Positions 33,825-43,231 of a stretch of DNA of 48,460 nt are shown here, piece by piece. Source of the stretch: Pirellulales bacterium. GTDB lineage: Bacteria; Planctomycetota; Planctomycetia; Pirellulales; JAGQOS01. The translations under genes and the position numbers were made by a program. Where the stretch lies: positions 1-48,460 of the forward strand of contig JANQPJ010000087.1 of the NCBI GenBank assembly GCA_028289525.1. The letters are read 5' to 3'. The notes under the pieces are model-generated. The model was not told the origin of the DNA. It ran no database searches and saw only the letters and a program-made list of their open reading frames with translations. The stretch's first letter is position 1, and every line of letters begins with the position of its first letter.

Positions 33825-33907
33825 AAGGATTGAGAACTGGGGTGCTTTCCAGCATCGCGCGGCGCGATTCGAGGTGGGAAAGAAAAGCACACGCTAGTAG
33901 GGCAAAG

Positions 33908-34105
33908 CTACTTGTTGCCCATCAGACGCAAACGGCGGGCACGTCGTTCGGCTCGTAGGCGAGCACGGCGGCGGGTTTCGCTAGGTTTCTCGTAATACTC
34001 GCGTTTACGCATCTCTTTTTTGATTCCGCTTCGCTCGACCAGTTTACGAAAGCGGCGGACTGCCTCCTGGACCGATTCCTTTTCACGCAACGTCAGCTTA
34101 ACCAC
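33908..34105 (-). CDS. rpsU: 30S ribosomal protein S21
   Basis: The GTG at 34105 is preceded by [54 protein letters not shown] matches the S21 pattern. Confidence 0.85.
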   Translation of the reverse strand: MVKLTLREKESVQEAVRRFRKLVERSGIKKEMRKREYYEKPSETRRRARLRAERRARRLRLMGNK

Positions 34106-34513
34106 TGGACCTCCTTCATAGGGGCCGTCGATCGTGTCGAACGGCACACCGGGTGAACACATGTGGACGACTCCTGCAAGGGAGGCGACCGCCGATGAAA
34201 AACAAACCTTGAGTTTATCGACTATTTCACCCCCCTGTCTAGGCGAAAACTCGCCGTCTTTCGCCCTTTGTCAGGCTTTTTCTGCTTTACCTAGTCCTCA
34301 CGTTCCGGCCAACTGGCATAGCAGGCCTGGTTTTCGGCAGGCAGGCCTGCCTGGTCGGGACAACCAGCAAAGCTTGTTGCCTGACGACCAATATTTTGGC
34401 TGAGCCGTCTTAGGTCGACTGGGCTCCAGGGCCACATAGGGCCGATGGGTAATTGGAATCCCGGGCTTGCCGGGGTGCCTGCGCATCAAACCACAAAGAG
34501 AATTGCCTGCCAA

Positions 34514-34723
34514 ATGCCCCATGATGTGACTGACCCGATTGACGATCACCCGGTAGCCCGACTGGAAGCCCGGCAAGATGAAGTGTTGCTGCGGATCGAC
34601 GCCCTGAATGCCCAGATCGAACAGGTAATTGCCGAGTTCGTGCCTGGTGCCGACAAGACGGCCGATACCGCACCGGCCGCCGGACCGCTTACTCTTTACG
34701 ATCCAGATGGCCCGACTTGCTGA
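34514..34723 (+). CDS. small hypothetical coiled-coil protein (uncertain)
   Basis: ORF 34445..34723. MPHDVTDPIDDHPVARLEARQDEVLLRIDALNAQIEQV has gene-like codon usage. Its 3' end overlaps the convergent ubiB by 35 nt. Confidence 0.3.
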   Translation: MPHDVTDPIDDHPVARLEARQDEVLLRIDALNAQIEQVIAEFVPGADKTADTAPAAGPLTLYDPDGPTC

Positions 34724-36350
34724 TCGCTCGCAGCACACGCAAGGCCAACGCCATGCTAATCAGGCAGCCCACCGCTCCTGGGATCGGAATGCCGTAGACG
34801 ACCGGGCCGATGCCACGACTGAGCAAGATCGACGAGCCGAGGAACAGGGCACTGGTCAGCATGCCTAGCACCAGCCGGTTGACCGAGGGTTCCAGACCGC
34901 GGTGATCCAGATGGACGTCGAACCGGCCGCTTTGAACCTGGCCCAGAATGTCGGCCAGTCGCCGGGGAAGGATTTCTAGCAGCCCCTCGGCCTCGTAATA
35001 GAGCCGCCGCATTTTTTTCAGATGACGCCGAGGCGACAGCCGGCGCCGCATCATTGTGCGCCGGTAAGGTTGCATCACTTCCAGCAAACTGAATTTCGGG
35101 CTCAGCAGTTGGGCGGTCCCTTCGAGCATGATCAGCACCTTGATCAGCATGGCAATCGGGGCTGGCAGTGTGATGTGGTAGCGGCGCACCACTTCGACCA
35201 TTTCACGCAGCGCTCCGCCCAAGTCGAACGATTCCATCGGCTGGTTGCCGTAGTGGTCGACAAAGTCGGCAACGTCGATGCTCAAAGCCGCCTCGTTCAG
35301 GTCACGAGGCGTGGCGCCCAGCCGCGTGATGATGGACGTCAGATAGTGGGCATCGCGATCGGTGATCGCCAGCAGCATCTCTTCAATCTCTTCCCGCATC
35401 GACTCGTCGAGTCGCCCGGTCATGCCGAAGTCGAGCAGACAGAGCACGTTGTTTTCCAAAATCACCAAATTGCCTGGATGCGGATCGGCATGGTAGAAGC
35501 CGTGGGTAAAAATCATTTCGAGGAACAGGTTGGCTCCCCGTCGGGCAACTTCCTCCAGGTCGACATCGGCCTGGAACAGCCGTTCGGCTTCCTCAAGGCC
35601 GATCCCTTTGATCCGCTCCATGGTAAGCATGCGGCTGGTCGAAAACTCGGGATAGGCGATCGGAATGTGAACGCCAGGTTGTTGGGCAAAGTCCTTGGCA
35701 AACTGCTGCATGTTGCGCAGCTCGCGATTGAAATCGAGTTCGCGATAGAGCACCCGTTTAAACTCGGCCGCCATCGGCACCGGACGATAGATGGCCAGCT
35801 CAGGTAGCCGCTCGGCCAGTTGGGCCAGGCCGGACAGGATGTCGAGATCTACCCGAACGGTCTCTTCGATCTGAGCATGTTGAACCTTAACGACGACCTC
35901 TTCGCCCGTGAGCAATTGGGCACAATGCACCTGACCGATCGAAGCCGACGCCATCGCCGTTTCGTCAAACTCGCGAAAGCAGGTTTCGATGCTGCAGCCT
36001 AACTCGGCAGTGACCAACTCGCGAATCGTCTCCCCAGGATCGGCCGGCACGTCGGCTTGCAGTCGTTTGAGTTCGTCGGCCAGCTCCAGGCCGACGACAT
36101 CGGGCCGAGTGCTGAGAATTTGGCCCAACTTAATAAACGTAGGCCCGAGCTCTTCGATCGCCATGCGGATCCGTGTTTCCCGACCGATTCGGGCTAGCAC
36201 CTCGCCTTCGCGATTTTTAAGAATCCCTTTGGCGAATTCGATGTCGAGCCGACTGAGCCAGTCGGCCAAGCCATATTTGCTCAAAATAGCCAAAATCTCT
36301 CGCCACCGATTCACATGGCGGTAGATCTGGGGAATTGAAGGGATTTTCAT
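34689..36350 (-). CDS. ubiB: UbiB/ABC1-family atypical kinase
   Basis: 553 aa. LGPTFIKLGQILSTRPD, ASIGQVHCA, VVVKVQHA, HADPHPGN and DFGM motifs. Two C-terminal TM segments. Confidence 0.9.
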   Translation of the reverse strand: MKIPSIPQIYRHVNRWREILAILSKYGLADWLSRLDIEFAKGILKNREGEVLARIGRETRIRMAIEELGPTFIKLGQILSTRPDVVGLELADELKRLQADVPADPGETIRELVTAELGCSIETCFREFDETAMASASIGQVHCAQLLTGEEVVVKVQHAQIEETVRVDLDILSGLAQLAERLPELAIYRPVPMAAEFKRVLYRELDFNRELRNMQQFAKDFAQQPGVHIPIAYPEFSTSRMLTMERIKGIGLEEAERLFQADVDLEEVARRGANLFLEMIFTHGFYHADPHPGNLVILENNVLCLLDFGMTGRLDESMREEIEEMLLAITDRDAHYLTSIITRLGATPRDLNEAALSIDVADFVDHYGNQPMESFDLGGALREMVEVVRRYHITLPAPIAMLIKVLIMLEGTAQLLSPKFSLLEVMQPYRRTMMRRRLSPRRHLKKMRRLYYEAEGLLEILPRRLADILGQVQSGRFDVHLDHRGLEPSVNRLVLGMLTSALFLGSSILLSRGIGPVVYGIPIPGAVGCLISMALALRVLRAISKSGHLDRKE

Positions 36351-36460
36351 GGCGCGTCGATGGTTCGGTGCAAAGGATCGCTCACTTTCATTGTAGTCGG
36401 GCAGCGCTGGTCGTGCTATTGCCGGCCGAGGTAGTTCAGGAGAACTGCAAGGTCATGTTT

Positions 36461-36538
36461 AAAAAGAGCAGCGGCCGGTGGCCGCTCGCGAAACGTTCGA
36501 TTTCACCGGTTTCGCGAGCGACCACCGGTCGCTGCTTT
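36461..36538. repeat. REP-like element, inverted pair
   Basis: aaaaagagcagcggccggtggccgctcgcgaaa, 15-nt spacer, gtttcgcgagcgaccaccggtcgctgcttt. Located in the ubiB/PQQ-propeller divergent spacer. Confidence 0.9.
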
Positions 36539-36669
36539 GGCAGAATAGACGACTTTGCAGTCGTTCTCACCCTACCAGAGGTTTTTCTTGACCTGGCTGG
36601 CCGAATCGTCCAGACTGGCGTCAGTTTTTGGCCTGCCTCCGCTCCTTCACACTAAGACCGGTTGTTCCC

Positions 36670-37953
36670 ATGCGATTGTTCTCCCTGCACTTGCTGTTGT
36701 CGTTTATCGTCTTCCTGCCCACCCCAACCGCCAGGGCTGACAACTGGCCCCAATGGCGTGGCGCTAAGCTCGATGGCGTGAGCCACGAAACTGGTTTACC
36801 AACCCATTGGAGCCCGACTGAAAACGTGGCTTGGCGAGTCCCGTTGCCTGGCCCGGCCGGCGCGACGCCGGTGGTCTGGGGCGACCGTATCTTCCTCACC
36901 ACCGTGAACCAAGAGTCGCTTGAGCTGCACTGCATCAGCACTTCTGGCAAGCGTCTCTGGACACAAACCGTTGGGGCCGGTAATCGCGATGTGCGTGGCG
37001 ACGAAGGCAACAGCGCCTCGCCCTCGCCTTCGACCGATGGCCGACACGTTTGGACATTCATGGCCAATGGCCATTTGGCTTGTTATGGCATCGATGGTCA
37101 AGAGGTGTGGCGATTCAACGTCGAATCGCGTTACGGCAAGCTACAAAACGCATTTGGCATGACCTCGACCCCAGTGCTTGACGGCGATCGGCTCTACTTG
37201 CAATTGATCCAGGGCGATCAAGATGCCTCGACCAAGGAGGCTCAACTCGTGGCGCTCGAAAAAACCACCGGCCGGGAAGTGTGGCGCGTTGATCGCCCGA
37301 GCGATTGCCGGCAGGAATGCGAACACTCGTATGCCTCGCCGATCATCTATCGTGATGCGGAGCGAGCCTATTTGATTGCCCACGGTGGCGATTACACAAC
37401 GGCCCACCGGCTCGAGGATGGCCAAGAAATTTGGCGATGTGGAGGACTCAATCCGCCAGGCAGCTATGATCCGACTTTTCGGTTTGTGGCCACCCCGGTG
37501 GCCGTGCCAGGGCTGATCGTGGTGCCGACCGCTAAGCGTGGACCGGTCGTTGCCGTCTCGCCCAAAGCTCAGGGAACCTTTGACATCGCCGACAGCGACT
37601 ACGTACGGTGGACTTATCCGACGACGCCCGACGTGCCTTCGCCGCTGGTCTACGATGGGCTGGTTTACTTGTGTCGCGAGAATGGCAACCTGGCCGTGCT
37701 CGACGCCGAGACAGGCGAAGAGTACTACCAAAAACGAACCGTGCGCGATCGCCATCGAGCCTCGCCGGTCTATCTCGATGGGCATGTGTTGTTGACGGGC
37801 CGGCGCGGCAAGGTCACGGTGGTTCGCGCCGGTCGCAAGTTCGAAATCGTCGCCCAAAACAATCTTAGCGAGCCAATCTCGTCGTCGCCGGTGGTGGCCG
37901 GTGGCACGATCTACTTGCGCACGTTCGAAGCCCTGTACGCGATTCGCAAATAA
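36670..37953 (+). CDS. secreted PQQ-like beta-propeller repeat protein (BamB-like fold)
   Basis: Signal peptide MRLFSLHLLLSFIVFLPTPTARA, then DNWPQWRG and repeated blades of about 40 aa (GDRIFL, DGDRLYL, DGLVYL, GGTIYLRT). Confidence 0.75.
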   Translation: MRLFSLHLLLSFIVFLPTPTARADNWPQWRGAKLDGVSHETGLPTHWSPTENVAWRVPLPGPAGATPVVWGDRIFLTTVNQESLELHCISTSGKRLWTQTVGAGNRDVRGDEGNSASPSPSTDGRHVWTFMANGHLACYGIDGQEVWRFNVESRYGKLQNAFGMTSTPVLDGDRLYLQLIQGDQDASTKEAQLVALEKTTGREVWRVDRPSDCRQECEHSYASPIIYRDAERAYLIAHGGDYTTAHRLEDGQEIWRCGGLNPPGSYDPTFRFVATPVAVPGLIVVPTAKRGPVVAVSPKAQGTFDIADSDYVRWTYPTTPDVPSPLVYDGLVYLCRENGNLAVLDAETGEEYYQKRTVRDRHRASPVYLDGHVLLTGRRGKVTVVRAGRKFEIVAQNNLSEPISSSPVVAGGTIYLRTFEALYAIRK

Positions 37954-38100
37954 CGGAGAAACAGGCCAGCGATACGTTGCAAACCATCGTAGACGTTGTT
38001 TTGTGGATTCCCGGCGACGTGTCGTGAGCGCGGCTAGAGGGTAAACAGATGCTTACAACGGTCATTCCTGGATTCCACTTTCACCAAGGAACTCTCTCGC

Positions 38101-40173
38101 GTGCAGTTTGAACTCGACACGGAACTGACGCCCAAGGGCGACCAGCCCCAGGCGATCGAAGCGTTGGTCCAAGGGCTGAAGGCCGACTCGCGCGAGCAGG
38201 TGTTGATGGGTGTCACCGGCTCGGGCAAGACGTTTACGATGGCCAACGTGATTCAGGCCGTACAACGTCCCACGTTGGTGCTCTCGCACAATAAAACCCT
38301 GGCTGCCCAACTCTATGCCGAGTTCCGCGAGTTCTTTCCTCGCAACGCGGTGAGTTATTTTGTTAGCTACTACGATTACTATCAGCCGGAAGCCTATATC
38401 CCCCAGCGCGATATCTATATCGAAAAAGACGCCTCGATCAACGAAGAGATTGATCGCATGCGGCTGGCCACCACCAGTTCGCTGGTCAGCCGTCGCGACG
38501 TAATCGTGGTGGCCAGTGTGTCGTGCATCTATGGACTCGGCTCGCCGGACGATTATGTCGAAATGATGGTCGGCCTGGAGCAAGGTCAGGTAGTCGATCG
38601 CGATCAGGTGCTTGCCCGGCTGGTCGATATTCAATACGACCGGAATGACATCGAGTTCAAGCGGGGGACTTTTCGCGTTCGGGGCGATTGTGTGGAGGTG
38701 TGGCCGACGTATGAGGAGTTTGCCTATCGAATCGAGTTTTGGGGCGATGAAATCGAGCAACTGGCGCTCATCAACCCGACCAGCGGTGAAGTGATCGGTC
38801 GCGAAGAGCGGCTCTACATCTATCCGGCCAAGCATTTCGTGTTGCCAGAAGAGCGAATCGAAAAAGCGGTCGACGAGATCAAGCAAGAGCTCGAAGAGCG
38901 GCTCGAACAGTTTCGTGAGCAGGGGAAGTTGCTCGAAGCGCAGCGATTAAACGCCCGCACTCGATTCGATATCGAGATGATGCAGCAAGTGGGCTACTGC
39001 CCTGGCATTGAAAACTACAGCCGGCCGCTCAGCGGACGCGAGCCTGGCTCGTCGCCTGATACGCTGTTCGACTTCTTCCCTAAGGATTATCTGTTGTTTG
39101 TCGATGAGTCGCACGTCACCGTGCCTCAGGTGCGGGCAATGTATGCTGGTGATCGGAGCCGCAAGACGACACTCGTCGAACATGGTTTTCGTTTGCCTTG
39201 CGCGCTCGACAACCGGCCGCTGAAGTTTGACGAGTGGGAAAAACGGATCCATCAGGTGGTTTATGTTTCGGCTACGCCGGGACCATTTGAGCTAGAAAAA
39301 ACCGAAGGCGAGGTGGTCGAGCAGGTGATTCGGCCAACCGGGTTGCTCGACCCGGTGATCGAGCTTAGCCCTGCCCAAGGTCAGGTGCCCCATTTGCTCC
39401 AGCAGATTCGCGAGCGAGCCGCCGGCGGCGAGAGAGTGCTCGTCACCACGCTGACCAAACGGATGGCCGAAGACCTCTCGGCCTATCTGGTCGAGCAGGG
39501 CGTGAAGTGTAAATGGCTACACAGTGAACTCGACGCCTTTGAACGGGTGGAGTTATTGCGCGACTTGCGCGAAGGTCAGTTTGAAGCCCTGGTGGGGGTG
39601 AACCTGTTGCGTGAAGGGCTCGACCTGCCGGAAGTGTCGATGGTGGCAATTCTCGATGCCGACAAAGAAGGCTTTTTGCGTAGTGAAACCTCGCTGATGC
39701 AGACCATCGGTCGGGCGGCTCGAAACGTGAACGCCAAGGTAATCTTGTATGCCGACAAAGTGACCGATTCGATGCAGGCAGCCATCGACGAGACCACCCG
39801 ACGACGCAAGCTGCAAGAAGAATATAACCAGCGATACGGCATTACGCCGGAGACCATTCGCAAGCAAATTCGCTCTGGCATCGAGGCCACCGCGGCTGCC
39901 CATCGCCAGGCGAACGAAGCGGTAGGTCGTAGCGACGAGACGACTTATATCACCGAAGAGTATATCAACGAACTGGAAGCCGAAATGATGGCGGCGGCTG
40001 ATGCCTTGGAGTTTGAACGGGCGGCCGCCTTACGCGATCGGATTGAACAACTGCGCGAGTCAATCGGCGAAGAGCTGGCGAAAGTGGAAGTCAAATCGGC
40101 CACGAAAAACCAGCGTGGCAAGCGCCGGAAGAAAAAAGGCCGAGCCAATGTACCGCGGCCGAAAAAAGGATAG
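38101..40173 (+). CDS. uvrB: excinuclease ABC subunit B
   Basis: GTG start. [24 protein letters not shown], helicase motifs, C-terminal UVR domain ([14 protein letters not shown]), plus a Lys/Arg-rich tail. Confidence 0.95.
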   Translation: MQFELDTELTPKGDQPQAIEALVQGLKADSREQVLMGVTGSGKTFTMANVIQAVQRPTLVLSHNKTLAAQLYAEFREFFPRNAVSYFVSYYDYYQPEAYIPQRDIYIEKDASINEEIDRMRLATTSSLVSRRDVIVVASVSCIYGLGSPDDYVEMMVGLEQGQVVDRDQVLARLVDIQYDRNDIEFKRGTFRVRGDCVEVWPTYEEFAYRIEFWGDEIEQLALINPTSGEVIGREERLYIYPAKHFVLPEERIEKAVDEIKQELEERLEQFREQGKLLEAQRLNARTRFDIEMMQQVGYCPGIENYSRPLSGREPGSSPDTLFDFFPKDYLLFVDESHVTVPQVRAMYAGDRSRKTTLVEHGFRLPCALDNRPLKFDEWEKRIHQVVYVSATPGPFELEKTEGEVVEQVIRPTGLLDPVIELSPAQGQVPHLLQQIRERAAGGERVLVTTLTKRMAEDLSAYLVEQGVKCKWLHSELDAFERVELLRDLREGQFEALVGVNLLREGLDLPEVSMVAILDADKEGFLRSETSLMQTIGRAARNVNAKVILYADKVTDSMQAAIDETTRRRKLQEEYNQRYGITPETIRKQIRSGIEATAAAHRQANEAVGRSDETTYITEEYINELEAEMMAAADALEFERAAALRDRIEQLRESIGEELAKVEVKSATKNQRGKRRKKKGRANVPRPKKG

Positions 40174-40327
40174 AGCAGATCCCGTAGTGTTGTTTCGTCG
40201 TAAAGCTTCGGAAATCAAAGCGCGAGAGACGTTACAGTTAAGTTCGACCCGAACTAGCTGAGAGTTGTGAAAAGCTAATCTCAGCGATTCCAAAATTGCT
40301 CTAAAACAGGGACTTGAAAAACCGTAC

Positions 40328-40355
40328 GTTTCGCGAGCGACCGCCGGTCGCTGCT
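40328..40355. repeat. REP-like element, single half-unit
   Basis: gtttcgcgagcgaccgccggtcgctgct, in the uvrB/beta-CASP convergent spacer. Confidence 0.85.
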
Positions 40356-40380
40356 ATTTCGAGGGAAAAACTAGCGCCTG

Positions 40381-41712
40381 CTATCGAACCGTGAGTCCGT
40401 GTTCTGCCAACTTTGCATGTAACGCCCGCTTGGCATCGTCTTCCCCGTGGACCAGCACCACTTCGCCAGGTGGTTGCTCGATGCCGGCTACAAAGTCGAG
40501 CAAATTTTGTTGATCGGCATGGGCCGAATAGCCGCCGATCGTGTGGACCTTGGCCCGGCGGTCAATGGTGTTGCCTCGCAGCCGCACTCGGTCGCGCCCC
40601 GCCTGAATCTCACGCCCCGGCGTGCCAGTCGCTTGATAGCCCACAAACAGCACATCCGTCGTCGGTTCACTCAATAGAGCTTCCAGATAGTTGACCACTC
40701 GACCGCCAGTGCACATTCCGCTGCCGGCAATGATGATTGCTGGTAGCTTGCTCTTTTTCAGATAGTCGAGTGTCGAACGGTGCTCGTCGTGGTCGCCGAC
40801 GGTGGTCAGGTTTTCAAACACCAGCGGCTGGTCGTCGTATTTCAACAGTTGCTGGGCTTCAGCATCCCAAAACGGCTGAAGGTCTTTGTAGATTTCGGTG
40901 AATCGCGAAGCCAACGGCGAGTCGACGATCACGTCGACCGCTTTCATCAAACTGCGACCGGTTTCGCGTTGCACTTGTTCGAAGATGCCGTTCATTTCGT
41001 ACAGCAACTCTTGGGTGCGGCCCAGGCTGAAGGCCGGGACGATGGTCACGCCGCCGTCTTCGAGCGTGTGTCGCAAAATCGCTTCGAGCCGTGCCCGTCG
41101 GGCGGTTCGGTCTTCGTGCAGTTTGTCGCCATAGGTCGACTCGAGCACCAACAGATCAGCCCGCTGGGGCGATTGTGGATCTTTCAATAGCGGCGCATGG
41201 GGAGCGCCTAGGTCGCCTGAGAAAACGGCGCGCTGGTCGTCGACGTCGACTTCCAGATAGGCCGAGCCTAGGATATGTCCTGCCGGCTGAAGACGAATTT
41301 GGGCTCCGCCCTCGATTTCTTGCCATTGATTGTAATCGAGTGGCCGGAGCTGTTTGGCCACCGTTTCCTGGAACGCGCGAATCATCCGTTCGTTGCGAGT
41401 GAAGCCGATCTTGAGGGCGTCTTCCATCACCAACGGCAGCAGCTTGGCGGTAGGCCGGCTGCAATAGATTGGCCCACGATAGCCGGCGGCCATCAAGTAG
41501 GGCAGACGCCCCACGTGGTCGATATGCACATGAGTGAGCACCAGCGAACTGATTCTATCGAGTGGAAACTCGATTTCGAGATCGGGATGCGCGTCGGCAT
41601 CGCGGCCTTGAAACAACCCGCAATCGACTAGCAGTGACTGGCCATTTTTGAAACGCAACTGGTGACAAGAACCAGTGACGCCTTGATGTCCGCCGTGATG
41701 GGAAAGTTCCAT
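40381..41712 (-). CDS. metallo-beta-lactamase / beta-CASP family RNA-metabolising hydrolase
   Basis: 443 aa. THVHIDHVGRLPY (HxHxDH), beta-CASP-type architecture, C-terminal GYSAHAD and VHGE motifs. Confidence 0.8.
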   Translation of the reverse strand: MELSHHGGHQGVTGSCHQLRFKNGQSLLVDCGLFQGRDADAHPDLEIEFPLDRISSLVLTHVHIDHVGRLPYLMAAGYRGPIYCSRPTAKLLPLVMEDALKIGFTRNERMIRAFQETVAKQLRPLDYNQWQEIEGGAQIRLQPAGHILGSAYLEVDVDDQRAVFSGDLGAPHAPLLKDPQSPQRADLLVLESTYGDKLHEDRTARRARLEAILRHTLEDGGVTIVPAFSLGRTQELLYEMNGIFEQVQRETGRSLMKAVDVIVDSPLASRFTEIYKDLQPFWDAEAQQLLKYDDQPLVFENLTTVGDHDEHRSTLDYLKKSKLPAIIIAGSGMCTGGRVVNYLEALLSEPTTDVLFVGYQATGTPGREIQAGRDRVRLRGNTIDRRAKVHTIGGYSAHADQQNLLDFVAGIEQPPGEVVLVHGEDDAKRALHAKLAEHGLTVR

Positions 41713-41830
41713 GGGATGAATCGCTCAAGTAGGGCTGGCAGAAGTGGCTGGGGGGAAACGGTACTTTCAGTATTTCCAAAGACGAGGATTCAAAAGACTG
41801 GTTGTTTTGTGGAGATCTGTAAAACTCTCT

Positions 41831-41859
41831 GTTTCGCGCTTCGGTCACCGACCGCTGCT
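41831..41859. repeat. REP-like element, single half-unit with swapped stem
   Basis: gtttcgcgcttcggtcaccgaccgctgct. The stem is CGGTC/GACCG instead of CGACC/GGTCG. Confidence 0.85.
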
Positions 41860-41987
41860 ACCGATCAACTCGGCCAAACTACTGGCTTTAGAGCCAACTG
41901 AAGGCATTGCTATCACCGGTTTTGCCTAATTCCTCTATAGCTATTTCTACACGAAACAGACCCGCTGCGCAAACCTCAGGGGCTCGA

Positions 41988-42018
41988 CCGGTCGAGGTTG
42001 ACCTCGACCGGTGGTTTT
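41988..42018 (+). terminator. terminator/attenuator-like hairpin in the GT2 leader
   Basis: CCGGTCGAGG ttga CCTCGACCGG is a 10-bp perfect stem followed by TGGTTTT. An overlapping alternative 14-nt palindrome CTCGACCGGTCGAG lies at 41983..41996. Confidence 0.4.
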
Positions 42019-42070
42019 GATACTTAGGCCTACTCCAGACCCAGCTGGAAGCCAACAGGCCGGCCATCCG

Positions 42071-43219
42071 ATGACGCCGTCGCTGGCTTCTCAACCCGCT
42101 ATAGAAAGCCGAGCCACGCGCATCATGGCGACTGTTCCACTGCCTCCGGCCGAAGAACTGGCCCTACCTGTAGACGACTCCAATAGCCTCCGGGTCCATC
42201 ACCCCGACGTCGTACGGTTGGTGGTGTTGGTGCCGGCTTTGAACGAGGAAAAGACCGTGGGCGATGTGGTCCAACGGATTCCTCGCACGATTGCTGGCAT
42301 CGATCAGGTCGATGTGGTGGTGATTAGCGACGGTTCGACGGATCGCACGGCGAGCATTGCCAGCGAGTTGGGGGCCACGGTGGTGCGCCATCCGCGCCCT
42401 TGTGGCGTGGGGGCCGCTTTCCAGTCAGGACTGCGCAAGGCGTTCGAGATGGGAGCCGATTTGGTGCTCAACATCGACGGCGATGGCCAGTTTTCGCCAG
42501 AAGACATTCCCCAACTCGTGGCGCCCATCGTCTCAGGCGAAGCCGATTTTGTCACCGCATCGCGATTTCTTGATCCGGCACTGGTTCCAGAGATGCCGCA
42601 GGTGAAAAAATGGGGCAACCGTCAGGTGAGCCGTTTGATTAGCTTTCTGACCGGAACACGCTATCATGACGTCAGTTGTGGCATGCGGGCATACAGTCGC
42701 GACGCGGCGTTCAGCCTGAGTTTGCTGGAACCGTTCACCTACACGCACGAGGTCTTCCTGCATCTCACCAGCAAGCGGATGAAGATCCTCGAAGTCCCGA
42801 TTCGGGTGCGAGGGCAGCGGCAGTTTGGCAAGAGCCGAGTGGCGCGTAGCCTGGTTCGCTATGCCTTCAATACGCTGAAAATCATTTCGCGTTTTTACCG
42901 CGACTACTATCCGCTTCGGTTCTTCGGCATGATTGCTGGAATCTGTTTTCTGTTTGCCGCGCCGCTGCTGGGGATTTGTTTGCTCAACTTTTTGGCCACC
43001 GGTTCGTTTTCTCCCCATCGTTGGGCCGGTTTTTCCGGAACGGTGCTCGGATTCTGCGGCATCGCCTCGCTGTTCATGGGCGTGCTAGGCGACATGCTCC
43101 ACCGGCAACGGTCATATCTAGAAGAGATTCTCTACAACTCGCGATCACTGATCTCGTCCGACGGTCGTCGCTACTCGAAGGAAAGCCCTCAACGGCATGT
43201 GATTGAACGCTCGGCGTGA
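42071..43219 (+). CDS. family-2 glycosyltransferase, polyprenol-phosphate type (GtrB/DPM1-like) with C-terminal TM segments
   Basis: ORF 42011..43219. VVLVPALNEEKTVG, VVVISDGSTDRT and NIDGDGQ (DxD region). Two C-terminal TM helices. Start at 42071 or 42125. Confidence 0.8.
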   Translation: MTPSLASQPAIESRATRIMATVPLPPAEELALPVDDSNSLRVHHPDVVRLVVLVPALNEEKTVGDVVQRIPRTIAGIDQVDVVVISDGSTDRTASIASELGATVVRHPRPCGVGAAFQSGLRKAFEMGADLVLNIDGDGQFSPEDIPQLVAPIVSGEADFVTASRFLDPALVPEMPQVKKWGNRQVSRLISFLTGTRYHDVSCGMRAYSRDAAFSLSLLEPFTYTHEVFLHLTSKRMKILEVPIRVRGQRQFGKSRVARSLVRYAFNTLKIISRFYRDYYPLRFFGMIAGICFLFAAPLLGICLLNFLATGSFSPHRWAGFSGTVLGFCGIASLFMGVLGDMLHRQRSYLEEILYNSRSLISSDGRRYSKESPQRHVIERSA

Positions 43220-43231
43220 GCGGTTTGACAA

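Noticed and set aside
40236-40256. A GTTCG-ACC-CGAAC hairpin resembling a tRNA T-arm.
   Set aside because: The loop is only 3 nt. There are no acceptor, D or anticodon arms around it, and no GGTTCGA-type T-loop.
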